The translations under genes were made by a program, and so were the position numbers. The notes below the pieces were generated by a model that was not told the DNA's origin, did no database searches, and was given only the letters and a program-made list of their open reading frames with translations. From Delftia acidovorans NBRC 14950 (GTDB taxonomy: Bacteria; Pseudomonadota; Gammaproteobacteria; Burkholderiales; Burkholderiaceae_C): DNA of 32,000 bases. Shown one piece after another: positions 8,002 to 16,154 of this stretch (positions within the stretch are counted from its first letter, which is position 1; each line of letters begins with the position of its first letter). The stretch spans positions 360,001 through 392,000 of the forward strand of contig NZ_BCZP01000002.1 of NCBI RefSeq assembly GCF_001598795.1. The letters run 5' to 3'.

Positions 8002-8457
8002 ATGGCCGTCAAGATTTCCGGGCTCAAGCCCACCATCTCCGTTCCCGCAACGCTGTACCTGCCCGTCGATGAGGGCAGGTTCGGAGCCCATCACTTTGCC
8101 GTCGTGTTCAAGCGCCTGGGCAAGGCGCGGCGTGACGAGATCAATGAACTCATCGTCGTCGGCAAGCCCGCCACGCAGCCCGATGGCTCGCAGGAGGTAC
8201 GGCGCATGACCATCCCTGAACTGCTCGACGAAGTGGTTGTGGGCTGGGAGGGGATGCTGGGCGACGAAGGAACACCTGTGCCCTACAGCCGCGACGAGCG
8301 CCTGGCGGCCGAGGAGTCCTACCCGGGACTGGAGCAGGCCATGGCCGTGGCCTGGTTCGACGGACTCAACGTGCACCAGCGGGATGCCGCCACAAAAAAC
8401 TCCGTGGCGCTGTCCGGCATCACCTCGGCCTCGACGGCGCAGACCGCTATCTCGTAG
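8002..8457 (+). CDS. tail assembly chaperone (gpG analogue)
   Basis: A 151-aa acidic protein lies between the tube and tape-measure genes. It contains an in-frame X_XXY_YYZ slippery heptamer near its 3' end. Confidence 0.75.
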   Translation: MAVKISGLKPTISVPATLYLPVDEGRFGAHHFAVVFKRLGKARRDEINELIVVGKPATQPDGSQEVRRMTIPELLDEVVVGWEGMLGDEGTPVPYSRDERLAAEESYPGLEQAMAVAWFDGLNVHQRDAATKNSVALSGITSASTAQTAIS

Positions 8458-8777
8458 ACGACGAGCTGCGCGCCCAGTGCGCGCAGATGGGGATCGACCC
8501 CGACCGGATGGTGCCCGGCGATCTGCAACGCCAGCACCCCGAGGACTACGAACTGTGGCCGGAGCATGCGATGGCCTGGAGCGTGTACCTCGGCTGCTCC
8601 ACCCAGTGGCGCAGGACGGCCACGCCCTGGGGCCATTGGCACTGGGACGGGCTGGACTACGCCGGGGCCGAGATCGTGATGCGCCGCTACGCGGTGCCCG
8701 CCGCGCAGCGCGGCGAGGTCTTCGCGCAGTTGCAGGTACTGGAGGCGCAGGCGCTGCGCCAGCTCAACCGGGGCTGA
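8002..8777 (+). CDS. tail assembly chaperone G-T fusion produced by programmed -1 frameshifting
   Basis: A -1 slip at 8394-8400 enters the frame of ORF 8487-8777. I translated that frame by hand from 8400 to 8487 and found no stop. The T part (WPEHAMAWSVYLGCSTQW...) resembles gpT-type segments; I recall the family as DUF1799 but have not verified this. Confidence 0.65.
8394..8400 (+). promoter_or_regulatory. -1 programmed ribosomal frameshift slippery heptamer A_AAA_AAC
   Basis: The zero-frame codons are ACA AAA AAC (T K N), so the heptamer fits X_XXY_YYZ exactly. Confidence 0.65.
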
Positions 8778-8847
8778 GGCATAGGGGCCTCGGCTCCGGC
8801 CTTTCAAGACAAACACAAGCGGTCAAGCATACCGAACAGAGATCAGC

Positions 8848-11800
8848 ATGAGTACAGCGGTCAAAAGCATAGGCATCGCCGAGACGCCCAGCCTGAGCGA
8901 GCTGCGTGCGCAGAATGCCCAGTTCTCCCAGGAGCTCGACAAACTCCACGGCAAGCTGCAGCAGGCGTATGCCGGCATGTCGCAGTTCGCAGGTGCCTCA
9001 ACGGACACGGCACTTGTGTCGGCGCGTGCCAGCGTCGATATCGAGAGCCTGTCTACTTCCATGGGCAAGATTGCCGGCCGCGCCAATGCCCTGCTGGAGG
9101 TGGCGGGTTCGGCGGCCAAGGTGGGAGAGGCCCTCTACACGGCCAGTGCCCAGACAGAGAATCTGCGTACGCGGCTGGACCTTGCCACCGGCGGCAAGGG
9201 CGCGCAGGAACTGGCCTATGTCACGGCCCTGGCCGATCGGCTGGGCCTGCAGCTCAATGCCACCGGCCAGGCCTACGCCGACTTCGCCACCAAGGCGCGT
9301 GGTACGGCGCTGGAAGGTGCGCAGGTGCAGACCATCTTCACGGGGATTGCCTCGGCCAACGCGGCCATGGGCCTTTCCGTGGAGCAGGGCAATGCCTCGT
9401 TGGCAGCCGTACTCGACCTGATGGGCAAGGGGACGATAGGCGCGTCGGACTTCAGCGACAAACTGGGACATATCCCGGATGCGGCGCTGGTCGGCGCTCA
9501 GGCACTGGGTGTGACACAGGAGCGGTTCTCCCAGATGCTGCAGACCGGCGAGGTCGTGACGCAGGACTTTCTACCCCGTTTCTCGCAGGCGCTGCAAAGC
9601 TCCCTGGGAGAGGGGACGGACAAGGCGGCGGACAGGCTGGATGCCGGCACCCAACGCATGGCCAACGCCTGGGACAAGCTCAAGTCCGCCGTGGGAGATT
9701 CCGGCATTAGCCAGATGATCTCCTTTGGCATGAACACAGCGGCCAACGACATGAACGCCTTTTCGGAGTCCATGTCGCGCGCGCGTGACAACGGGTCGGG
9801 CTTCCTGGGCCAGATCAGCAGCGGGCTGGGAAACATCGCCGGGCGCGCGGTGGGCTTGCAATATGTCAGCACGGCCTTCCAGTCGAATGCGGAAAAGGCA
9901 GCCTATCTGGCCAAGGAGCTTCCGCGCGCCAGGGCTGAATTGGAGATGCTGCAGGCCAAGGGGGCAGCGACATCGCGCAATGTGTGGGTGCGCACGGCCC
10001 ATGACGATGCCCAGCGCCTGGTCGAAAAATTGCAGCAGGTGCAGCGCGAATTGATGGCGGCACAGGGTCAGCGCAATGCAGGCGGCGGCCGCGGGTTCAT
10101 CAACCCGCCGCTGGTGGGACAGCCACAGCCGCAGGAGCAAAGCAAGAAAACCGACGCGCCTGCGCAGAAGAAAGAGCCGCCTGCGGTACCCCGCACCGTC
10201 AGCTACGCGCCACCGGCCGTGCCAGCCAGAACGCAGCAGGACAATGAGGAGCTCAAGCGCGATCAGGAACTGCAGAAAAGGCAGCAGGAGGTGGCGCAGC
10301 TCGTCAAGGAACACCAGACCAAGGCCGAACTGGCAGAAAAGAACCTGGACCTCGCCCGGCAGGAGACCCTCGCGATCGGTCTGACTGGCGATGCGTTGGG
10401 ACAGCTGCGGCAGGAGCAGGTCGAAAAGACCATCGCGGAACTGCAAGACAACGCAGCCAAGCAAGAGAGCGTCCGATGCTCGAAGGACGTCGCCGAGGCC
10501 GTGGGCAAAGAGGCCGATGCCACGCGCGAACTCGCCAGGGTCAAAGGCTATAACGACTCGGCACGCATGGTGGCCGAGTACGCGCAAAGCGTGAAGGAGG
10601 CCAACGAGGCGACCCAGTTCGAGCAGTCCCTGGCCGCTATGTCGCAGCGCGATCGGGAGATTGCCCTGGCGCAGTACAGGATCGAGATAGATCTCCAGAA
10701 AAAGCTGCAGGACATCGCGGCCAAGAATCCCTCGGATGCCGCTGCCGCCCAGAAGCTCAAGGAAGATGCCACGGCCGCTGCGAACCAGGCCAAGGCCAAT
10801 GTCGCCGAGCGCACCCGCATGCAGGAAACCCAGAAGTCCGTTGACCAGATGGACGAGATGTTCCGCAAGGGCTTCACGGACATGCTGGCCAACGGTACGG
10901 AAGGCTGGCGCACGTTCACCAAGAACCTGAGCGCGACGTTCAAGGCCACGGTCGCCGACGAGATGTACAAGGCGTTCGCACGGCCATTCCTTGTTCCTGT
11001 GATTGCTCAGTTGCAAGGATTCATCGGCAACCTCTTCGGTAAAACAGGGGCTCCGGGAACTTCTGGACCTAGTGGCTCGACAGATGCGGGCTTGGGGGGG
11101 GGACTGACGGACTGGTCAACCTGGGGTAGCTCAGCTCAAGAGTTCCTCAGTGACTCCGCATTCAAACTCGTCGTGAACGGCTGGGACAAGGCCGGTGGAG
11201 CGATGCTTGACCTGAGCCGGACCGTGGGTAGGTTTGACTCTTGGTTGAAAGACATCCCTGGATTTAAAGGTGGGCTGGGGTCTGCCGCAGGCTATTTGGG
11301 AAGTCTCTATAGCCTGTCTCAGGGGCAATATGGCGCAGCTGTCGGCCAAGCCGTGGGGACGTGGATTCTTCCCGGAATCGGAACGATGGTCGGCAGCTTT
11401 CTGGGTGGAGCTCTGGACAAGGCCTTCGGCTCCCGCGGCCCCAACCACGGCGGCGCCGCCTACAGCACCGCTGGCGTCGGCAACGACAAGGCCGCCGAAC
11501 AGCTGTTCGGCCGTGCGGCCGGAGACTGGTATGACGATCTGACGCAGCGCCACAGCGATGCCGTCGAAAAGCAGCTCAAGACCAGCCTGGACGGCCTGGC
11601 CTCGGTCTATGGGTCCCTCAGCAAATACGCGACGGGTAGCGCGCGCGGCATCGACCTGGTCGGCGGCTTTGCCGTCAACGGCCGGTACAGCGACGAGGAC
11701 GCCTACGGCTACGCCAAGATCATCGACAAGACGACCGGCATGATCCTGGCCGGCTTCGAAAACCGCTCGCTGGGCAACAACCCGGAAGAGGCCTACAAGG

Positions 11801-13839
11801 CCTTCCTGGGCCAGACCGGTTCCCTGCTGGTGTCCGAACTCAAGAAGGCGGACCTGCCCAGCTGGATGCGCACCACGCTGGACTCGCTGGGCGAAGCACC
11901 CAATGTCGAGGCGTTGCAGGCCGCCTTCCAGACCATCGACCTGATCGGCCGCTCCTTCGAGGAACTGGGCAAGAAGATCACGGGCTTTGCCGACCTGACC
12001 GACCTGGCCTTCGAGTCCCTGATCAAGGCTTCGGGCGGCATCGAGGCGCTGAATGCCAACGCGGGCAGCTTCTACCAGAACTTCTACAGCGAGGATGAGC
12101 GTAAGACCATCGCCAAGCGCGAGGTGGGCAGCAAGCTCAAGGACCTGGGCGTGGACATCGACCTGGATGCCGACGACGCCCAGGCCCGGTTCCGCAAGCT
12201 GGTGGAGGACAAGCTCAAGGCAGCCAACTCCGAGGAGGCAAATGCCAAGGTATTGAAGGACGCCATCTCCAAGGTCCAGGGCACGCAAGGCCTCAAGGAC
12301 ATGGCCAAGACTGGCGCTTTCAAGGACTGGGCCAGCACCACCCTGGGAGAAGGTTCGGGCGATATCGGAAAACTCGCGGCCGATCTCGAGAACCTGGCGA
12401 ACACCAGCACGTCGCTGGCCGACTTCACTGCCGGTATGGACAAGCTGATCGGCAATATCGGCGGCACCGGCAAGTCTTCGGCCGAGACCGCTGCCGAGCT
12501 GCTCAAGCTCAACGACACGTTCAAGGCCGTTACCAAGACATCCGAGGATGCTGCGGCGGCTTCGGCCAAACAGGCCGAGGAAGCCAAGCGCAAGCAGGAG
12601 GAGCAGGCGCAAGAGGCGAAGAAGAAGAACGAGGCCGATACGGATGCGGCGTGGAGCCTGCTGCAGCGTTCCGTCGATGCGGAGCGCACCCTGGCTCAGG
12701 CGCGTCTGGATGCCGCCCGCGAGCAGGTCGAGCTTGCACGTGGCGTGGTGGACCTGGCGCGCGGTGCCGCACGTGATCTCTGGGGTGAGGTCGATACGGT
12801 TGCCGCAATGGATGCATCGTTGGCCGGACGGTTCATCCAGGATGCAGTCTCGGCTGTCCGCAATACCGGCTACCTGCCAGAGCAAAAAGCACTTGACGAA
12901 GCCATCACTGCGGCGCGCGATGGCCTTTCGCGCACGGCCTACGCCAGTCGTATCGATGAGGAGCGGGCAAGGCGAGCGCTGGCCGCAGATCTGGAACAAC
13001 TCGGTGAGAAGGGGCAGGAGCAGTTGTCAGTGGCCGAACAGCAATTGGCGGCCGAAGAGACTTCCTTGGCGCGGTTGGATGAACTGATCCTTTCCTCCAA
13101 GCAGCAACTGGACGCTGCTCGTGGCATAGACATCAGCGTGCGCAGCGTCGATGAAGCGGTGCGTGATTTCCAGGCAAAGCTGCTGGCGGAGAAGAGCGGC
13201 GGAAAGTCCGGCCCTGGGGGAGGCGATGTGGCCGTACTGGGGCCTGGGGGGGCGCCTTCGCCTGGAGCGGGCCAGGATGCGCGTTACCGCCGTGCACGCA
13301 CGGATGGTTCGGGTGGCACCTGGTATGAGCCAGTCACTGACAAGGATCGTGTAGCGCATCTGGACAAGTACAACGATGGCTATCACGCCTTCGACGGAAC
13401 CGGGGACGCCAGCGGACTGAACCAATGGATCAAGGACAACAAGCTGACCGCCGCAGATCTGGCGGAGCTTTCCGGTCTTTATGAATCCGATTGGCGCAGG
13501 TGGTTCGAAGGCGCTGGCATTCCGGCCTTCGCGAAAGGTGGCCTGCACGGTGGTGGCTTGCGCATGGTGGGTGAAAGTGGTTGGGAGATCGAAGCCACCG
13601 GACCCGCGCGCCTTTGGAACCAGAGCCAACTGGGACAGGCGCTGATCGGTGGTGCGGATGCTGCTGGCACTCCCTTGCTTTTGGCCATCGAGCGCCTGAT
13701 TCGCGCTATCGAACAGCAGGATCCTGCCTTGCAGGACATCAAACAGCATGTGCGCGATACGGCCGAGGTGCTGTTGCGTGTAACGCGTGGCGGCGTGGCC
13801 ATGCAATCGGCTGGCGGCAGCGCCGTATTGGAGCTCTGA
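8848..13839 (+). CDS. tail tape measure protein (1663 aa)
   Basis: The N-terminal region resembles a tape-measure domain (LELAYVTALADRLGL..., GASDFSDKLGHIP). It has long coiled-coil Ala/Glu/Lys/Gln segments and a Gly-rich hydrophobic patch. The C-terminal motif FAKGGLHGGGLRMVGESGWEIE is typical of tape measures. Confidence 0.9.
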   Translation: MSTAVKSIGIAETPSLSELRAQNAQFSQELDKLHGKLQQAYAGMSQFAGASTDTALVSARASVDIESLSTSMGKIAGRANALLEVAGSAAKVGEALYTASAQTENLRTRLDLATGGKGAQELAYVTALADRLGLQLNATGQAYADFATKARGTALEGAQVQTIFTGIASANAAMGLSVEQGNASLAAVLDLMGKGTIGASDFSDKLGHIPDAALVGAQALGVTQERFSQMLQTGEVVTQDFLPRFSQALQSSLGEGTDKAADRLDAGTQRMANAWDKLKSAVGDSGISQMISFGMNTAANDMNAFSESMSRARDNGSGFLGQISSGLGNIAGRAVGLQYVSTAFQSNAEKAAYLAKELPRARAELEMLQAKGAATSRNVWVRTAHDDAQRLVEKLQQVQRELMAAQGQRNAGGGRGFINPPLVGQPQPQEQSKKTDAPAQKKEPPAVPRTVSYAPPAVPARTQQDNEELKRDQELQKRQQEVAQLVKEHQTKAELAEKNLDLARQETLAIGLTGDALGQLRQEQVEKTIAELQDNAAKQESVRCSKDVAEAVGKEADATRELARVKGYNDSARMVAEYAQSVKEANEATQFEQSLAAMSQRDREIALAQYRIEIDLQKKLQDIAAKNPSDAAAAQKLKEDATAAANQAKANVAERTRMQETQKSVDQMDEMFRKGFTDMLANGTEGWRTFTKNLSATFKATVADEMYKAFARPFLVPVIAQLQGFIGNLFGKTGAPGTSGPSGSTDAGLGGGLTDWSTWGSSAQEFLSDSAFKLVVNGWDKAGGAMLDLSRTVGRFDSWLKDIPGFKGGLGSAAGYLGSLYSLSQGQYGAAVGQAVGTWILPGIGTMVGSFLGGALDKAFGSRGPNHGGAAYSTAGVGNDKAAEQLFGRAAGDWYDDLTQRHSDAVEKQLKTSLDGLASVYGSLSKYATGSARGIDLVGGFAVNGRYSDEDAYGYAKIIDKTTGMILAGFENRSLGNNPEEAYKAFLGQTGSLLVSELKKADLPSWMRTTLDSLGEAPNVEALQAAFQTIDLIGRSFEELGKKITGFADLTDLAFESLIKASGGIEALNANAGSFYQNFYSEDERKTIAKREVGSKLKDLGVDIDLDADDAQARFRKLVEDKLKAANSEEANAKVLKDAISKVQGTQGLKDMAKTGAFKDWASTTLGEGSGDIGKLAADLENLANTSTSLADFTAGMDKLIGNIGGTGKSSAETAAELLKLNDTFKAVTKTSEDAAAASAKQAEEAKRKQEEQAQEAKKKNEADTDAAWSLLQRSVDAERTLAQARLDAAREQVELARGVVDLARGAARDLWGEVDTVAAMDASLAGRFIQDAVSAVRNTGYLPEQKALDEAITAARDGLSRTAYASRIDEERARRALAADLEQLGEKGQEQLSVAEQQLAAEETSLARLDELILSSKQQLDAARGIDISVRSVDEAVRDFQAKLLAEKSGGKSGPGGGDVAVLGPGGAPSPGAGQDARYRRARTDGSGGTWYEPVTDKDRVAHLDKYNDGYHAFDGTGDASGLNQWIKDNKLTAADLAELSGLYESDWRRWFEGAGIPAFAKGGLHGGGLRMVGESGWEIEATGPARLWNQSQLGQALIGGADAAGTPLLLAIERLIRAIEQQDPALQDIKQHVRDTAEVLLRVTRGGVAMQSAGGSAVLEL

Positions 13840-14546
13840 TGCCAACGATCGATCAACTCGAGCAGGCGGCATCGTTGATGCCGGGCGACCTGACACTGCT
13901 GCGCCGGACGGGCCGCACGTATGCCATCGCTGCGGCGGCCATCGCCGGCCCGCAGGGACCGAAGGGTGATCCGGGCGCTGCGGGAGCAACAGGTCCGCGT
14001 GGGGCGACAGGTCCTCAAGGCGAGGCCGGCGTGCAAGGCCTGCAGGGGCAGCAAGGACTTCAGGGACCTGCCGGGCCCAAGGGGGATGTGGGTGCTCAGG
14101 GACTGCAGGGGCCGCAGGGAGCAACAGGACCCCAAGGTCTACCGGGCACGGCAGGTGCCAAGGGAGATGCCGGCGTTCCCGGACCCCAGGGCCCGGTGGC
14201 CATTCCAACCCTGGCGTGGGGTCGCGAATTGGCAAGAGCCGGCTATCTGCGCGAGGCCAATGGTGGCGTGCTTCAGCTCGGGGGGCGCTATGCCATCTGG
14301 ACGGGTGGCGGCGCGATCACCATGCATCTGCCCAAGAAGAGCGAAGTTGCGCTCGGCGATTTCGTCGAGTTCACGAATCTTCACCTCACCTGGCCTGCGT
14401 CCGCGCAGTTCACTGTTGCCCGGCAGGAGTCGGGCACCTACATCCATGGCCACGACAGCCATCTCGTCTGCGACGTGGCCGTGGGTGGCTTTCGGCTGGT
14501 GTGCGTCTGGAAGGACGGCACCAACATCTGGTGGAACATCGTTTGA
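13839..14546 (+). CDS. collagen-like tail fibre / tip protein
   Basis: ATG 13839 overlaps the tape-measure TGA (13837-13839). The protein has a 36-aa N-terminal head, 28 uninterrupted Gly-X-Y triplets and an approximately 115-aa globular C-terminus. Confidence 0.85.
   Translation: MPTIDQLEQAASLMPGDLTLLRRTGRTYAIAAAAIAGPQGPKGDPGAAGATGPRGATGPQGEAGVQGLQGQQGLQGPAGPKGDVGAQGLQGPQGATGPQGLPGTAGAKGDAGVPGPQGPVAIPTLAWGRELARAGYLREANGGVLQLGGRYAIWTGGGAITMHLPKKSEVALGDFVEFTNLHLTWPASAQFTVARQESGTYIHGHDSHLVCDVAVGGFRLVCVWKDGTNIWWNIV
13947..14198 (+). repeat. collagen triple-helix-type Gly-X-Y repeat (28 triplets)
   Basis: GPQGPKGDPGAAGATGPRGATGPQGEAGVQGLQGQQGLQGPAGPKGDVGAQGLQGPQGATGPQGLPGTAGAKGDAGVPGPQGPV, counted by hand. 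Confidence 0.9.
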
Positions 14547-14553
14547 GGAAACC

Positions 14554-15471
14554 ATGATAGTTGTCCCCCCCATGCCCATCACGGCGACTGGCCTGATCGA
14601 CTGCAGTGTTCCGGAGGTGGATGCCTCTGCAGGCGAGAAAGTGTGGTCGCCAACAACCCACTATGAACGTGGCGCGCAGGTTCTGCGGCTGGAGACGCAG
14701 ATGCGCTATGAGAACAGCATTGCGGGAGTCGATGCGACGCCTCCCGAGCAGGACTCCAGGCGCTGGATGCCCCTGCGTCCCAGCAATCGCTGGGCCATGT
14801 TCCGCCATCTCACGAACGATGCCACCGAAGCCCCTGCGACGTTGAGCTTCACCCTGCGCCCAGGCAAGCGCTTCGACACCCTGTTCATGCGGGGGGTACA
14901 GGCCGACAAGGTGGTGATGCAGGTCAAGTCCGCGGGCGTCGTCGTCGCCCAACGCGAGCGCAAGCTGAACGCGCGCGCCACGCGCACTTGGTCAGGCTAT
15001 TTCTTTGGCGAATTTCCGCTGATTCCCACGGTTCTGATATCGGACCTGCCTCCATTCACCGGAGCGGAAATCGTGGTCACGCTGGTGCGTGCAGGTGGCC
15101 GCCCGGTACGTGTGGAGCATGCGGCACTAGGCATGAAGAGCTGGATTGGCGATGCGGAATGGGCGCCGCGCAATGACGCGCTGAATTTCTCGGTGGTCGA
15201 TCGCGACAAGTACGGCGGCATCAAGTTGCAGCCTGTGCGTAGCGTTCCCACGCTCTCGGTCAAGGTCCGCATCCCCAAGGACAACGTCGATACCGCACTG
15301 CGCCTGCGCAGGGAACTGGATGCGGCCCCGGCACTGTGGGCTGCACTGGATGACGACACCACCGATGGATATGCCGAAGCCGCGTCGATCTTCGGCCCTT
15401 ACCGGCGTTTTCCCATCGACCTCAACAACGCGAAAGACTCGTACAGCCAGATTGATTTGGAGTCCATGTAA
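14554..15471 (+). CDS. distal tail / baseplate-position protein of unknown family
   Basis: GAGGAA lies upstream of ATG 14554, and the ORF encodes 305 aa. The N-terminal motif is WSPTTHYERGAQV...Y...PPEQDSRRWMPLRPSNRWAMF. It is coding-like and translationally coupled to the next ORF. The function is inferred from position only. Confidence 0.55.
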   Translation: MIVVPPMPITATGLIDCSVPEVDASAGEKVWSPTTHYERGAQVLRLETQMRYENSIAGVDATPPEQDSRRWMPLRPSNRWAMFRHLTNDATEAPATLSFTLRPGKRFDTLFMRGVQADKVVMQVKSAGVVVAQRERKLNARATRTWSGYFFGEFPLIPTVLISDLPPFTGAEIVVTLVRAGGRPVRVEHAALGMKSWIGDAEWAPRNDALNFSVVDRDKYGGIKLQPVRSVPTLSVKVRIPKDNVDTALRLRRELDAAPALWAALDDDTTDGYAEAASIFGPYRRFPIDLNNAKDSYSQIDLESM

Positions 15472-16151
15472 TGCCTATTGTCAAACCACCTCTGATTGCA
15501 CAACTTCCCGTCGCTCCCTATGTCGGAGATCCCGATTTCGACGCGCATGCCGATGCCCTGCTGGGGCAGCTCGAATCGCATCGCCAGCAAATCAACGCCA
15601 CGAACGATGCGACCTACACCAACGCCTTGCATGTGGAGGAGCGAGCCGGATCAGCCGAGGGCGCTGCGCGCGGTGCCTCGCAGTCCGAGGCCGCCGCCGC
15701 GCAAAGCGCCATAGCTGCTGCGGCAGCCGCTGGTGCCGTGAAATGGACTGCGGGTACAGCCTATGCGGAGGGCGCCGTGGTCTGGAGTCCGGCCAATGGC
15801 CTCAACTACCGCCGCAAGCTTGCCGGCAGCGGTGGCAATGACCCCAGCTCCGACGCCGCCAACTGGTGGGTGATGGGGGCGCCCATGTCGGCCCCCATCC
15901 AACGCATCAGCTCCGATACGCTGGCGCAGACACGCATGCATTACGTGATCGAAGCGGCACTCACGCTCACTTTGCCGGCAGCGCCGGCACTGAGCGATGT
16001 GGTCCAGATCACGGATCTGTCCGATTCGATGGCCGTGGCCATCCATCCCAACGGCGCCCTCATTCGCGGAGCGAGCGGCGTGATGACTCTCGATGTTCTG
16101 CGGGCAGCCGGCTCGCTTGTGTATTCCGGCTCAGCGAAAGGATGGGTGTAA
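15471..16151 (+). CDS. tail fibre-like protein
   Basis: ATG 15471 overlaps the preceding TAA (TAATG). It has an Ala-rich helical stretch (EAAAAQSAIAAAAAAG) and a W-x-x-G-T-x-Y-x-x-G motif. Its C-terminal domain is similar to that of the collagen-like protein. Confidence 0.55.
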   Translation: MPIVKPPLIAQLPVAPYVGDPDFDAHADALLGQLESHRQQINATNDATYTNALHVEERAGSAEGAARGASQSEAAAAQSAIAAAAAAGAVKWTAGTAYAEGAVVWSPANGLNYRRKLAGSGGNDPSSDAANWWVMGAPMSAPIQRISSDTLAQTRMHYVIEAALTLTLPAAPALSDVVQITDLSDSMAVAIHPNGALIRGASGVMTLDVLRAAGSLVYSGSAKGWV

Positions 16152-16154
16152 GAA

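Noticed and set aside
8237-8851. A 204-aa plus-strand ORF spanning the G/T chaperone region.
   Set aside because: It is the third frame, with an Arg/Pro/Trp-rich translation. The zero frame and the -1 frame already account for the canonical G and GT products.
13921-14553. N-terminal extension of ORF 14554-15471 (516-aa version), and the 13581 start of the collagen-like ORF.
   Set aside because: The extensions overlap the collagen-like gene or the tape measure in alternative frames and read as Arg/Pro-rich noise. The Gly-X-Y frame and the RBS-preceded ATG 14554 explain the region.
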